Positions 39,501 through 54,500 of a stretch of 60,000 nucleotides of DNA are shown one piece after another. The notes beneath the pieces are model-generated. The model was not told the DNA's origin and made no database searches. It saw only the letters and a list, made by a program, of their open reading frames with translations. A program made the translations under genes and the position numbers. This stretch comes from Mobula hypostoma (Eukaryota), in NCBI RefSeq assembly GCF_963921235.1, contig NC_086109.1, positions 23,004,001 to 23,064,000 of the forward strand, in the 5' to 3' direction. Numbering within the stretch: position 1 is the first letter of the stretch; every line of letters starts with the position of its first letter.

Positions 39501-42500
39501 GACGGACTACAGGGGTATAATTACCACCTGACTAGACATACCCAGGCATCATCCCTGATGAAGATGGCAGAGTTCAGCATCAAAATGGCAGTTAAAAATC
39601 GATACCTGTACCCAGCTGGAAGCCCGAGAAGAGTTTATTCATGATTCCTTTCCTTTAAAAACTGGCTAGAAAAAGTACAGGCTATATGATATACAGTAAA
39701 TTAATGCATTAAATGGAATAGTAATATATAGTACACATTCCAATCTTCCCATCGGGAACCTGTCCTTAGATTTGAAGGTGACCATAGTGCCATCGCCTCA
39801 ATTATCTACCCTGTTCTGGAATAGATCTTACCACTGGGTGATCCAGAACTTCTCGCCAAACCAAATCATTAAGCTTAGAAAAATGGTGATAAACCGTGAT
39901 ACTTACGTGTTGTAGGAATGGACATAGACTTTATGCATCGTAGCTTGCGGCAATGAGAAGATGTGGATCACAGTTCTGTGGAGGATGTCATTGGTCTCTG
40001 CAAAGAACTGGTCAAATCCCCAGCACTTGTCTTGATCGGCCTCTAGGATATTGGCGAGGATGGGAACTAGTAGAAGCCTCAAGCCTCTGGAGCAAGATTA
40101 CAAAAGAGGAAAAAGAATCAAGGCTGGTGAATTATACGTAACGCAAGCTGCAGATACTATCAACAAAACAAAATCAGAAGCACAGGAAAGTAAGAATTAG
40201 AAGCAAGATTGGAGCATGTGACCTCACAGTTTGACCATTCAGTAAGATTATGGCTGCCACTTTCCCACCCCAACCACACATCTTTTAAAGCAACTGATGA
40301 TCCACTGGAAGAACTCAAGAGCAAGCAGCATCTGTGGGAAGAAAGGAATTGTCGATGTTTCATGTTGAAACCCGGCATCAGGACAATTCCTTTCCTCGCA
40401 CAGTATGTTGCTTGATCTGCTGAGTTCCTCCAGCAGATTGTTTGCTGTTCCAGATTCCAGCATCTGCAATCTCATGTCACTGCATCATCTCCAAAATACC
40501 TATCCTCCTTGGTCCTGATAGTGCTTATTTAAGCAACAGCCCTCTGATGACTTAATTCCAAAGGCTAGAAATCTTTTGAGTGAAGACATTTTTTTCTCAT
40601 CGCTTCATAATCTCTGGTACTATTATTGAATTCGAGTTGGTTCATGGCTTAACTCAGTGAAGGTTTTATTTTTGAATAAATACCAGTGCAATGTGTCTCC
40701 AAACTTTAGTCCCTTTTTCAAACTATTATCTAGGCTTTTCCCGTTGCTGTCTCCTCTCCACTCCAGCACAACCCCTTGCTTTCCACCCTAGCGTGGTTGC
40801 CAGGCTATGTCACAGTAAACAGGAACGTAGGAGGCCAGCTATTCTCATCCAGTGAGAATTAGAAATAAGGTTTGGGTACACCCGAGCAGGAAGCATCCAC
40901 AGCTACAGATCCCATTCTGCAGTTCTGACCGTTGGACGCTGGATCATCAGCCAATGGGAGTGAGTGAACGTGGAACTTTTACAATGAGTGTCACTGCATG
41001 AAAATCAATGACTGCAGCGCTCAATATCAGAGAGGTGCAGTCATTGTAGAACTTCATTACCTGGGGAACTGTACCCCAGTTATGGTCCATGTTTGTTGAA
41101 CTTTCATGCCAGTGAGGATCAATCATTGTGAACTAAACACCAGTAAGAGGTAAACTCCATGGAACTATGTCGTAATGACAATCAGCCACTGTAAAACTCA
41201 GTTACTTTAAAGGTATATGCAAGAGCCTAGCTAATTGACCTGGTGTTGGTTGAGAGGTGAGCAGAGGCCTCAGTACAATCTTTTTTGCGGATCATGCAAG
41301 GAACCATCACCACCCACCCAGCATTTTCTGACACCCTTTAAAAAAAAAACACAGATCCCTGCAGTACATGTGAACAACTCCACATCATTATCCGCCAGCA
41401 TTTCACGCCCCAGTCTTCCAGTTTGCTTGCACAGTGAACCTTTTGATTCAGGCCAAACTACATCTTGATGATACTTCATGCTAATATTCTTTGATCGTTA
41501 TCATGTGCATCAGTCCATCTATGATGCAACTGTATGTGGACCAAGCCCAAGCAGTTTAATATATCCTTCTCCCATCCCTCCGCTGCATCTTAAGGGTTAG
41601 TTCAATTACATTTGGGACTGCAGAGTAACCCGATAAATTTGACATCAAAATCACAAGATTCTGTTCTCCCAACTTTTCAAATTGGTCAAGAACTGGTAAT
41701 GAGCCTGCTGCTTCAAGATACAACTCAAATGCAAAGAAGAAACAAAAAACTGTAGAGCACGTGGAATCCTTTTTACAGGCTTGTCCATACGTGGTAAAGT
41801 AGCCAGCATAATCAAAGATCCACTCAACCAGAGTACTCTCTCTTCTCCCCCTTCAATCGGGCAGAAGGTACAAAAGCCTGAAAGCACATACCACCAGGCT
41901 CAAGAACAGCTCCTCTCCTTTTATAATAAGAGCATTAAATGGTCCCCTAGTACAATAAGGTGGACTCCTGACCTTATAACTACCTAGTTTCTGTTTTTAT
42001 TGTTTACCTGCGCTGCACTTTCTCTGTAGTCATTACACTTCACAGTACGAATTATATAGGGGTCCTGCCAAAGGGTTTCAGCCCGAAATGTTGACTGTAC
42101 TCTTTTCCCAGATGCTGCCTGGCCTTCTGAGTTCCTCCAGCATTTTACACACACTATAGTACATTGTTATTGCTATATCATGGTCTTCCTCAATGCACTG
42201 TGTAATGATTCAATGAACAATTTGCTTTTCATTGCATCTTGGTACAAGTGACAATAATAAACCAATTCAAATACCAATACCATCTTACACTGAGAGCCTG
42301 CAAGTGATTGGCAGCTCCTTGCTCCACTCCACGGGACCGCACTCTCTGTGCTGCACTCCTGCGATGGTTCCCTCTGGCTTTTCTGTTGTGATTTTATACC
42401 TGGAATTAAAGGATTTTGAGATGGTAAAGAACTAGCCAACCTCCAAGACGAACCAGGTGCTTCCACATTGAGACAGAGCTAATTCATTAAGTAATGAGAG

Positions 42501-45500
42501 TTCAGGACAATGATAGGGCTGCAGCTGGCAGATAGAGAGCTGCAAATTCAAAGGCCAGTTTGAATATCTGTGCAGAATGGGGGAGAAACACTGACAATTG
42601 TAATGATCCCGCTGTTCCTAATTATACCATCTACAGACTCATCTTTTGTTTATGCAACTGTCCCACTTAGAACATGAAGAGGCCCTTTGACACCCCATTT
42701 CTGTGCTAACCATGTCCGTTTAAATTGTACACATGCTCAATTCACTGCCTGTTCATGCATTTGTCTGACTGCCTCTTAAATGTCACCATCCCGTCTGTTT
42801 CCACCACCTCTTTTGGCAGTGCATCCTCAGCACCTACAACACTAGGATAAAAATTGCTTGCCTCTAAAATCACTTAAAATTTCCCTCCCTCACTTTAAAT
42901 TTAAGACCTTGGAGCATTTGACATTACCACCCTGAGATTCAGACTGATAATTCATACTATGGCTTCCATTATTTTAAATATTGCTATAGTTGGGTCACCC
43001 CTCAACCTCCGAGGCTCCAGGGCAAACAATTCAAATCTGTCTAACTCTCCTGAGAGAGGATATTCACTGATCCGGGCAACATTCTGATTAGCCTCCCATG
43101 TACCCTCTCCAAATCCTCCTCACATCCTTCCAGTGGCGTGGCAACCAGAGCTACATATAATACTCGAAATCTGATTTGAACAGAGTTTTATACAGCTGCA
43201 ACATGCCTTTCCGAATTTTATACTCACTGACTGAAATGTCACAGTAACGCAACATCCATCAGGGACTCCCACCATGCAGGACATGGCCTCTTCTCAATGC
43301 TGCCAACAGGAATAATGTACAGGAGCCTCAGGACTCACCACCGGACGTTTATTACCCCTCAAACATCATGCTCTTAAACCAAAGAGGACAACTTCACTCG
43401 CCCCACCATTGTAGTGTTCCCACAGCCTATAGACTCACTTTCAAGGACTCTTAAGCTCACGTTCAATATTATTTATTAATTATTACTTATTTTTGTATTT
43501 GCACACTGTTGTCTTTTGCAGACTGGTTGAACGCCCTAATTGGTGTGCTCTTTCACTGATTCAATTCTGGTTATTATTCTATTATTATTGAGTATGCCCA
43601 CAAGAAAATGAATCTCAGGGTTATTATGGTGACATACAGATACTTCGATTATAAATGTATTTTGACTGCAAGCATGCCATTTCCATTCTTTACTATCCTA
43701 TCAACTAGTATTGACACCATCAGAGAACTATAAACTCGCATCCCAAGAACCCTCCATACCTCAGTGCTCCAAAGGGCTCTGCCATTTACTTTCCTCTGAA
43801 ATGTAACTACCCAAAGTGCGACACAGCACACTTGCTGGATTAAACTCCATCTGCCGGTTCTTCCCACGTTTCCAACTGGTCCACATCCAGCTGAATCCTG
43901 TAATGGCAAATCCTCACTATCTACCACTCCACTAATTGTGTCATCTGTAAAGTTCCTAATCAGCCCAAATCATATACATCACAAACAACATTGCCATTGT
44001 TTCTTTTATCCTTTAAGCTTTCTATGTATTTACTGTCATTTTTTTTCTGAACTCCTGATATGTATTTGTCTGAAATTTGTTGTTTCTGTAATTTTGTAAG
44101 ACAGGTCTTCTATTCTACATGTGAATGATCCACTGATGCTACTCAACTTGCAGTATTCTTGATTTTTATTTTAAATTTCCAGGTACTGCAGTCTATTGCA
44201 ATTGTAGATGTAATGGGATTGGATGGAAATGATTAATAAATTGATAGTACAACAGAAAGCGAAGCCTCTCTTTAGCATGCTTCAGGACTGGAGGATGTCC
44301 CAGAGTGTGCTTCAGCCAACGCACTTTTGATGTGTCAGGATAAGCGACAAATTCAAATAGTGGGAGAGTGTAGGACCAGAGGCCATATCCTCAGAATAGA
44401 AAGACACCGAATAGGAGGAATTTTTTCCACCACAGGTGGTGAAGCTGTGGAATTCATTGCCACCCGCAGCTGTGGCAGTCATGTCTTTAGGTACATTTAA
44501 AGCAGAGGTTGATTGGTTCTTGATTAGTAAAGGTGTCAAAGGCAAGAGAACGTGGTTGAGAGGGAAAATTAATTAGCCACAATCAAATGGTAGAGCAGAC
44601 TCGATGGGCTGAATGGCCTAATTCTGCTCCCATGTCTTTTGGTCTAAGAAAGAAAAAAAGATAGTGTATTGGATGAGAGAACTACCCAAGCTAGAAATGA
44701 TAGATGGTCGATATGGGAATGGAAAATTGCACCGAGTACTACAAGAAAGGTTTTGAAATTGACATACATCATCTCCTTATTCTTGCGAGGCCCTCCAAAT
44801 GGAATGAAAGGTAGACTGCCAGTAGCTGCTTGGTAAAAGGTCACACCAATGCTCCACAGATCCACAGTGACTCCAAACTTCTTGTGTTGGGGTTTATGGA
44901 GCACAGCACGCTCATACATATCTGGGTGCTGTGAAAACACAGACAGATAGTTAAGATGCATTGACAGAGTGCTGAGAGTGGAAAAAAAAAACCTTCAACA
45001 TATCCAATTGTTCAAGCTCCATCCCTGCCGACAGACACTCTCCAATTATTCTTCCATTCGGGACTAACCGTTGGCTGGAATGCTAATCAACAGAAGATGG
45101 AATCCTTCTAGTACGAATCTTTATGCCTCACTTGAGGTGGACAGCGTCAACAAGCTGGCTCACTTAGAATGACTGTACCCTTCATTTTATCTGGTGTCCA
45201 CACAACAGCATTTCTGAAGAGTTGTTAGTAATTGTCACCAAAGTATTATTTCCCCTCTCGTGCTCCTGTGACAATTAGTTGACCTCAGGTAACTCAGCAC
45301 AGAACATGAATGCAACATAAATTTGTCCTGACGCTTAATCTTATAACCCCAGTCTGGTCATCTACAACTTCAGACCCGTGAACATAAATGACCTCTGAAG
45401 TGGTCCAACAAGCCATTCAATACAAGGGCAGTTCGGGATAGGAATAAATGATAGTATTGCTAGTAATGTCCAACTTAAATCCAAAGGTAAAAAATGTAAG

Positions 45501-48500
45501 TTATTCAAACCACTTTTTAAAAATTAGTCATTCTCCCATTGTGTATCCATACAGTCATACAAGAATGAAAGACAAGGGCTCCTAGCTCTTATTCTGAGCA
45601 GGAAAGCCAGTTACTGATACCCACATGAAACTGAATATTTTCCTCCCATGAACTCGTGTTGTCACCAAGCTACCATTAGCCCAGAAGGTTCCACTGAAGT
45701 GTCCATATCTTGGCTGACATTGACCTTTCACTCAGAAGACACGGACTTTGCCAGCAGGACAGCCATTTATCACCATGACTTATTGTTCACAAGATGGTGG
45801 TTATGAGCTGCCATCTTCAAAACTCCTCCAAGAGAACTGCAGCTACAGCCACAGCGCTGTTGTGTTAGGAGTTCCAGGATTTTGACCTGACAGTGATGAA
45901 GGAATATATATACACTGACAATATATTTCCCAGTCAGGACGCTGTTCTCTTCAACAGGATCCTGAAGGGGCCCACGTTTCTACTCACTTGCTGCTCCTGT
46001 TCTTGCTGAGGGAGGGGATGAGTCTGGGAAGAGTTATGGAGGCAGACATCTAACTACAGTGCATTTTGCAGACGGATGGCATGGCAAACGTTCTACGCTG
46101 GTGGTGGAGAAAGTGAATGTTTCTGTCTATGGATGTGGGAGTGGGTGAGTTGGGGGTGCTTTGTCCTGGATGATATTGAACTTGGGGCCGCTGGAGCTGA
46201 ACCAGGCACGCAACGAGCATTCCATCACATTTGAGCACCCTGGATGATGGTGGTCAGGAGCTAATCACTGCAGAATGTCCAATGGAAAATCCCTACAACT
46301 TTAATGGTGGGGACTCAGTGCTGGTAACTGCATTGAATGTCAAGAGTAGATGGCTCAACTTTCTCATGTACTAGTGTTTCTTGATGTTCATCTGGCCATG
46401 CCTAAATGTCACCCAGGACGTGCTGAATGGAGGCATAGACTCTTTCATTGTCTGAGCAGCTGCAATGGAACTCTGTCCCCGTCACCTCACTATCAACACC
46501 TCTTTAACGTTAGTCCCAAGAGAAGATTCGTGATATATGGAGTAGTAATTGAGTAAAACTTCAGTCAAATCAGTCTTTATCCTTCTAAGGACTAGGAAAT
46601 ATAGTTTGTGCTATCTGCCTTTGAATCTGAGATCATTGAAAGTCTATGCTTAATGTGTTTCACAAAGTGTGGTGTCCGGACCACAAACAGTGCTCCAACA
46701 TAACCAGGACATTAACCATAATTTCTGCTCTCTATTATGTACTCCAGACAGAGGCCAGTCATTTTGATTATCTTTTGCACCAGTCCAAGCCATTTAGAAC
46801 TATTATTATTTTTTTTTTAAAAATACACGGACCCACAAGGCTCTATAAACTCTGTTCAATCTCTCCATCACTCTGAAATGACCCTTTTATGATAAAGATG
46901 CTTCATCCTTTAAGTTTCAGTGGAAGGTGGAAAATTTGACTACACCAACTTTCAGTTGCCAACAGATTTCTGAACAGTCCATAAACATTACATTATTTTT
47001 GCACAATTTTTATATTATCTGTATATTTCTTATTGTAAATTATCATACATTTTATGTATTGCACTGTACTGCTACTGCAAAACAACAAGTTTCATGACTT
47101 ATGTCAGTGTTAATAAACCCGATTCTGATTTGGACTTCCGCCCAAATATTTGATGTAGTTTGGATTTAAGCACCGTCAGTAACAGTATATCATCAGCTTC
47201 AACTGTGGCAGAACTTGTCACATGGACAATGTTTAATCCATTTAGAAATAAAAAATGCTCATGGCATTCTTCACCTTTACAGATACAGTGACATACTAAC
47301 GATACTATTGGAATGATAACTCACCAAATATTCTTCAGTCCCATACAGTGACATGAACTGTTCACCATCCTCCAGTTCTCTGGCTGCTCCGAAGTCAGTC
47401 AGTTTATAGATAGATTGACCGTCTTCTCCAACCACTCGCATGATGTTCCCCGGCTTAATGTCCCGGTGCACAACTCCATTTTCTCTCAGCTGATTCATGC
47501 CAGCAACTGGTACAAATAATTTCAGAACACATCAGTGATAATAAACTTGACTCGGATTCTGAAAGAGCGAATTGTTGCAACGAAGGAGGAGAAAAAAAAA
47601 CAACATCCAGTCAAGATCCAACTGTCAGGCTGTCACTTTTGAAATGACTCTTATTCCCATCATAACTGAACGAGACAGCCCCTTGCCTACATAGAGTGAA
47701 AGTAATCAGGTAAACTTTCACCCTGAATCTTTTCAGGGTTGACCTCTTCAGCACAATGCTTACAGCAATAAAGCAGATCGCAGTTTCCTAATGTAAATAG
47801 TACATTGGGTACACAGTATGTTATTCCACTGCTCAAGCTGGATTTGACATAAAATGTAATGTGATGACAATACGGTTCAGATAGCCTAGAAACTGTTTAA
47901 TGTCCTGTGACTTGGAAGTGAGAGGTTTGTCTGGACATTCAAAGAGTGTCTCAATAAATCCCTTACTACTCAAAAGAGGCATTTACATTTCCCATGTCCT
48001 CCAACTCCTCCACTCATTGTACTCCTCTCGCACCTTCCTGCCAACACCAATATTTACAGCAGCCAGTTATCGCACTAACACCTCTTTAGGACATGAGAGG
48101 AAATGATTGCCTCTGTGCTAACTCCACACAAACAGCACTCGAGGTCGTAACTGAGCCAGGAAGACCGTGGCCCTTACTGCTGCTATGCTCCACCACCCTT
48201 GAGAGTGGGTACTGCCCAACAGAAGACGTTTCCCTCAGTTCTTTCACTTCTTCCTGCCCCAGCCACCAATTTTCCAGATTCCGCCACCCCCACCACCCTG
48301 TGACCAACCCAACTTTAATCAAACTAAATGCAATCAGCTGAGTCTTACCAACACTCTGTAGCACAATCAGGAACTCAGATTCCGAAAGGCCAAAAGCATT
48401 TTCTGATTCTTCCAAAACATTGAGTAGACTTCCACCGGCACAGTATTCCATCACAAGGACCTTCTGCTTGGTGCTTCCCTGGTGGATGGGCACACAGAAG

Positions 48501-51500
48501 AATGTCTGAATCTCACTATTCAGGACTGAGGGACCAACATGCAAGGTGACGGCGCCTGGGTTGGTGTCCACATCGCATTTGGCAACTGGCCACTTGTAAA
48601 GACCGGTCCGGGACAACCAGCGGGCTGTGAGGTTTTGGAATGAGTGCATTTGGTGGATCTTGGGATCTATTGGGGTTCTAGGGACAGAAGTAGTATTCTG
48701 TTTCTCCCTTAGGTGAGACGAAAACCTAAAAAAACTTTTTTTTTGTTATTTTGTTAACTGCTTACCAGAGGTCTGGAGGATTCCCTTTCTGAACTGATGT
48801 TTAGAGCAAGGATTGGGGAGGGTGAATACAATAGTTTCAGAGAGCTTGGAGCTAGTCTTTGAGCAACAGAAGATTGATTTCTCTGATACGTGTTGTTTCT
48901 TAGGTAATCCTCATGTGGTATTCATTACAAATTCTGGTGGTGAATGAGGGGAGTAATTGGATGTGGAGCAAAGGTTTTTAAAAAAAAACTTGTCTCACTT
49001 TTAAACAACATTTTTTCTACATGGGGTGACAATATAGAACTCACCACTTCCTCCACGGCAAACAGCTTGACAATATTCTTGTGGTTTAATTTGCGTAACA
49101 TTTCAAACTCTCTCATCTGCACTTCGTAAGGGCGCATGTAACTGACATGATTAAACACCTTGACAGCATAATGATCTCCAGTTTGCTGTGAAGTAGATGT
49201 TGAAACAGTTACAAACTGTATAAGAGCGGGGGAAAACACAGCAAAATTTAACCCATTTATCATTTCATCAGGCACTTCAGTGTCTCCACAACACCAACAG
49301 GCCATGTGGCCCATCTTGTCCATGCCAAGCTATTAAATCTACCTAGTCCCGTTGACCTGCACCCATACCATAGCTCTCCATGCATATCCAATCCATGTAG
49401 CTATACAAATGTCTCCTAAATATTGAAATCAAACTTGCATCCACCACTTCCACTGGCAGCCTGTTCCACATTCTCACCACCCTTTGAGTGCAGAAATTCC
49501 CCCTCATGTCTCCCTTACACACTTCACCTTTCACCCTTAACCCATGACTTCTGGTTATCATTCCACCCCACCCCACCCCAGAGGAAAAAGCTGCTTGCAT
49601 TTACCCTATCTATACCCCTCATTACTTTGTATACCTCTATCAAATCTCCTCTCAATCTTCTACTCTCTAAGGAATACAATCCTAGCCTATTCAATCTTTC
49701 CCTATAACTCAGGTCCTCAACTCCTGGCAATATCCTTGCAAATTTTCTCTGCACTTTTTCCAATCTTATTGACATCTTTCCGGTAGTTAGCACACAATAC
49801 TCCAAATTAGGTCTCACCAATGTCTTGAACAACTTCAACACAATATCCCAACTCTTGTACACAATACTTTGATTTACGAAGGCCAATGATTCAAAAGCTT
49901 TCTTTACAAACCTATCTATCTGTAGTGCCACTTCCAGAATTATGGATCTGTATTCCCAGATCTCTCTGCTCTACCACAATCCAGGAAAATTTTTAATTGG
50001 GGAAATTTTTAATTATGAGGCTATAAGGCTAGAACTTGCAGGTGTGAATTGGGGTGATGTTTTTGCAGGGAAATGTACTATGGACATGTGGTCAATGTTT
50101 AGGGATCTCTTGCAGGATTTTAGGAATAAATTTGTCCCAGTGAGGAAGATAAAGAATGGTAGGGTGAAGGAACCATGGGTGACAAGTGAGGTGGAAAATC
50201 TAGTCAGGTGGAAGGTGGCAGCATACATGAGGTTTAGGAAGCAAAGATCAGATGGGTCTATTGAGGAATATAGGGTAGCAAGAAAGTAGCTTAAGAAGGG
50301 GCTGAGGAGAGCAAGAAGGGGGCATGAGAAGGCCTTGGCGAGTAGGGTAAAGGAAAACCCCAAGGCATTCCTCAATTATGTGAAGAACAAAAGGATGACA
50401 GGAGTGAAGGTAGGACCAATTAGAGATAAAGGTGGGAAGATGTGCCTGGAGGCCGTGGAAGTGAGTGAGGTCCTCAATGAATACTTCTCTTCGGTATTCC
50501 CCAATGAGAGGGAACTTGATGATGGTGAGGACAATATGAGTGAGGTTGATGTTCTGGAGCATGTTGGTATTAAGGGAGAAGTGGTGTTGGAGTTGTTAAA
50601 ATACATTAGGATGGATAAGTCCCTGGGGCCTGACGGAATATTCCCCAGGCTGCTCCACGAGGCGAGGGAAGAGATTGCTGAACCTCTGGCTAGGATCATT
50701 ATGTCCTCGTTGTCCACGGGAATGGCACTGGAGGATTGGAGGGAGGCGAGTGCTGTCCCTTTGTTCAAAAAAGGTAGCTGGGATAGTCTGGGTAATTACA
50801 GACCAGTGAGCCTTACATCTGTGGTGGGAAAGCTGTTGGAAAAGATTCTTAGAGATAGGATCTCTGGGCATTTAGAGAATCATGGTCTGATCAGGGACAG
50901 TCAGCATGGCTTTGTGAAGGGCAGATCGTGTCTAACAAGCCTGATAGAGTTCTTTGAGGAGGTGACCAGGCATATAGATGAGGGTAGTGCAGTGGATGTG
51001 ATCTACATGGATTTTAGCAAGGCATTTGACAGGTTCCACACGGTAGGCTTATTCAGCAAGACAAGAGGCATGGGATCAAGGGAAGTTTGGCGAGGTGGAT
51101 TCAGAATTGGCTTGCCTGCAGAAGGCAGAGGGTCGTGGTGGAGGGAGTACATTCAGATTGGAGAGATGTGACTAGTGCAAGGATGTGACAGTCCCACAAG
51201 GATCTGTTCTGGGACCTCTACTCTTCGTGATTTTTATTAACGACCTGGATGTGGAGGTAGAAGGGTGGGTTGGCAAGTTTGCAGACGACACAAAGGTTGG
51301 TGGTGTTGTAGATAGTGTAGAGGATTGTTGAAGATTGCAGAGAGACATTGATAGGATACAGAAGTGGGCTGAGAAGTGGCAGATGGAGTTCAACCCGGAG
51401 AAGTGTGAGGTGGTACACTTTGGAAGGACAAACTCCAAGGCAGAGTACAAAGTAAATGGCAGGATACTTGGTAGTGTGGAGGAGCAGAGGGATCTGGGGC

Positions 51501-54500
51501 TACATGTCCACAGATCACTGAAAGTTGCCTCACAGGTAGATAGGATAGTTAAGAAAGCTTACGGGGTGTTAGCTTTCATAAGTCGAGGGATAGAGTTTAA
51601 GAGTCGCGATGTAATGGTGCAGCTCTATAAAACTCTGCTTAGGCCACACTTGGAGTACTGTCAACACACATAAAAGTTGTTGGTGAACGCAGCAGGCCGG
51701 GCAGCATCGCTAGGAAGAGGTACAGTCGATGTTTCGGGCTGAGACCCTTCGTCAGGAGTCCTGACTGTACCTCTTCCTAGAGATGCTGCCTGGCCTGCTG
51801 CGTTCACCAGCAACTTTTATGTGTGTTGATTGAAATTCCAGCATCTGCAGATTTCCTCGTGACTTGGATTACTGTGTCCAGTTCTGGTCGCCTCACTATA
51901 GGAAGGATGTGGAAGCATTGGAAAGGGTACAGAGGAGATTTACCAGTATGCTGCCTGGTTTAGAGAGTATGCATTATGATCAGAGATTAAGGGAGCTAGA
52001 ACTTTATTCTTTGGAGAGAAGGAGGATGAGAGGAGATATGATGGAGGTGTACAAGATATTAAGAGGAATAGATAGAGTGGATAGCCAGCACCTCTTCCCC
52101 AGGGCACCACTGCTCAATACAAGAGGACATGGCTTTAAGGTAAGGGGCGGGAAGTTCAAGGGGGATATTAGAGGAAGGTTTTTTACTCAGAGAGTGGTTG
52201 GTGCGTGGAATGCACTGCCTGAGTCAGTGGTAGAGGCAGATACACTAGTGAAGTTTAAGAGACTACTAGACAGGTATATGAAGGAATTTAAGGTGGGGGG
52301 TTATATGGGAGGCAGGGTTTGAGGGTCGGCACAAGATTGTGGCCCTGTAACGTGCTGTACTATTCTATGTTCTATGTAATCCTCAGTGCCCTCACACTCA
52401 CCGTGCAAGTCCTACCCCGGTTAGACCTCCCAAAGTACAACACATCACACTTGTCTAAATTCTATCTGCCATTTTTCCAGCCTATTTTCCCCGGTTGTTC
52501 CAGATCCCACTGTAAGCTTTGATAGTTTCCCATGCTGTCCACTACACCCCCCAATCTTGCTGTTATCTGCAAATTTGCTAATCCAAGTTACCAAATTATC
52601 CACCGAATCATTGATGTAGATGACAAACAGTGGATCCAGCACTGATCCCAGAGGCACACCACTAGTCACAGGTCTCCAATCAGAGAGGCAACCATCTACT
52701 GCTGCTCCCTGGCTCCTAGAATACCTTCCAATAACTTTCCCACTACCGATTTCAGTTTCTCCAGCCTACAATTTATTCGCCTATTTTTAAGAGCCTTTCT
52801 TAAACAACAAAACATTAACTATCCTCCAATCGTCCAGCACCTTACTTGTGGCTAACGATGTTTCAAATTTCTCTGCTAAGGCCCTTGTATTTTCCGTACA
52901 AGCCTCCCACAGGCTCCAAGAGAGGATATAGTCAGGCCCTTGGGATTTATCCACCCTAATTTTCCTCAAGAAACTCCTTCTCTGTATTCTGTATATAGTC
53001 CATGAACACACTACTGCTTTGCTTCAATTATATATGCTGTGTCCATCTCCCGAGTTAATACAGATGCCAAAAAAAATCAATTTAAGGTCTCTTTTGGTTC
53101 TATGAATAGATGATCACTATGATCTTCTAGAGGACCAATTTTGTTCCTTGCTTTTGCTCTTAATATATCTGTAGAAGCCCTTGGGATTCTCCTGCACTTT
53201 GTCTGCTTGAGCAACCTCGCACCTTCTTTTAGCCCTCTTGATTTCTTTTTAAGTGTTCTGCTGTATTTTTAAAAAAAAATATTCAAGTACCTCATTTGCT
53301 CCTTCCTGCCTATACCTGCTATGAACCTTTTTCTTAACCAGGGCTCAAAATCCCTCAAATCTATTAACCTTGCCTTTCATCCTGACTATGTACTCCCAAA
53401 TATTACTTTTGAAGGGCTCCCATTTACCAGGTACACTTTTGCCAGAACACAACTTGCCCCAATCCACTTACCAGATGCTTTCCCAAACTATCAACATTGG
53501 CCTTTCTCCAATTTGGACTCTCAATCCAAGGGCCAGATCCAACCTTTCTCTCAAAATATATTCAATTCAGTATCTCCATTTATTGCACAATCGTCCTGCT
53601 TGTGAACTTCTTGTGACCATTACTGTTTAGATAAAATTAGTGCTTTGGTCTTATACACTGTTCCCCAATTTTAACCATTTCCTGAGATTTGAGTCATCAT
53701 CACCAATTATTTCAAGTATTTGTAATTTTCCCTTCTTCTGAAAGTGTCAACTCCTCATGGGGATGCAGTTCCACACAGAGACAAAGTAGAGATCCATCTG
53801 AAGTTGGAAAATCGGAGAACCCCTCTCCAAACTGCTGTTGGAAATGGTCATCTCTCTGCATCCTCTTTATCCATCCGCTAAGTTGTAAAGGATCCCACAG
53901 AACCACCTGAAGACCAGTGGTTTCAACCAGCTAATTAACTAAAGATTCTGGCTATAATTTCTTTGTCAGCCATGGGGCCTCACTGCAAGACGCTCCCGTT
54001 CAATTCCGCAAGCCCAACCTCCCACCCAATTCCCAAGCCCACTCTCACCCACTTCCTAACCCCCAACCTCCCACTACTCTGAACTCTACCCTCTCACTCC
54101 CTCTATCCCACTCTCACTCATTTCCACACTCCATCCTCATTTTACTCCCAACCTTTCCTGGAAATGCCTGCAAAAAATGAATCTCAAAATAGTATATGGT
54201 GACTTTGATTAAAAAAAATTACTTAGACTTTTCCTCTCAACATCTTCACCAATCTCACTCTCAACCTTTTCTTAATCCCATCCCCTCATCCTAGTCCCAG
54301 CCCTATTCTTATTTCCTGCAATCCCATCCTGCTTCCAATCCCTGCCTCCCAACCACACTCTCTCACCCTATTCTTCGATCCCCGTTGATATCCACTAACC
54401 ATTCTGATTTTTCAGTAATTTACTCAAATCCATCCAGGTGAAGAGACCAATTTTCCCACGACTTTCCTTGTTTATCCAAATGTCCCAATTGCTACCCAAA

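Larger units (their letters stand above)
49270..53560 (-). mobile_element. Decayed CR1 LINE split by a younger CR1 insertion
   Basis: [21 protein letters not shown] (49524-49931); [15 protein letters not shown] (52445-52669); DKSQGPD. Confidence 0.8.

Noticed and set aside
50335..51171. Longest ORF (278 aa) as a host gene
   Set aside because: It is a frameshifted CR1 ORF2 reverse-transcriptase fragment with flanking stops.
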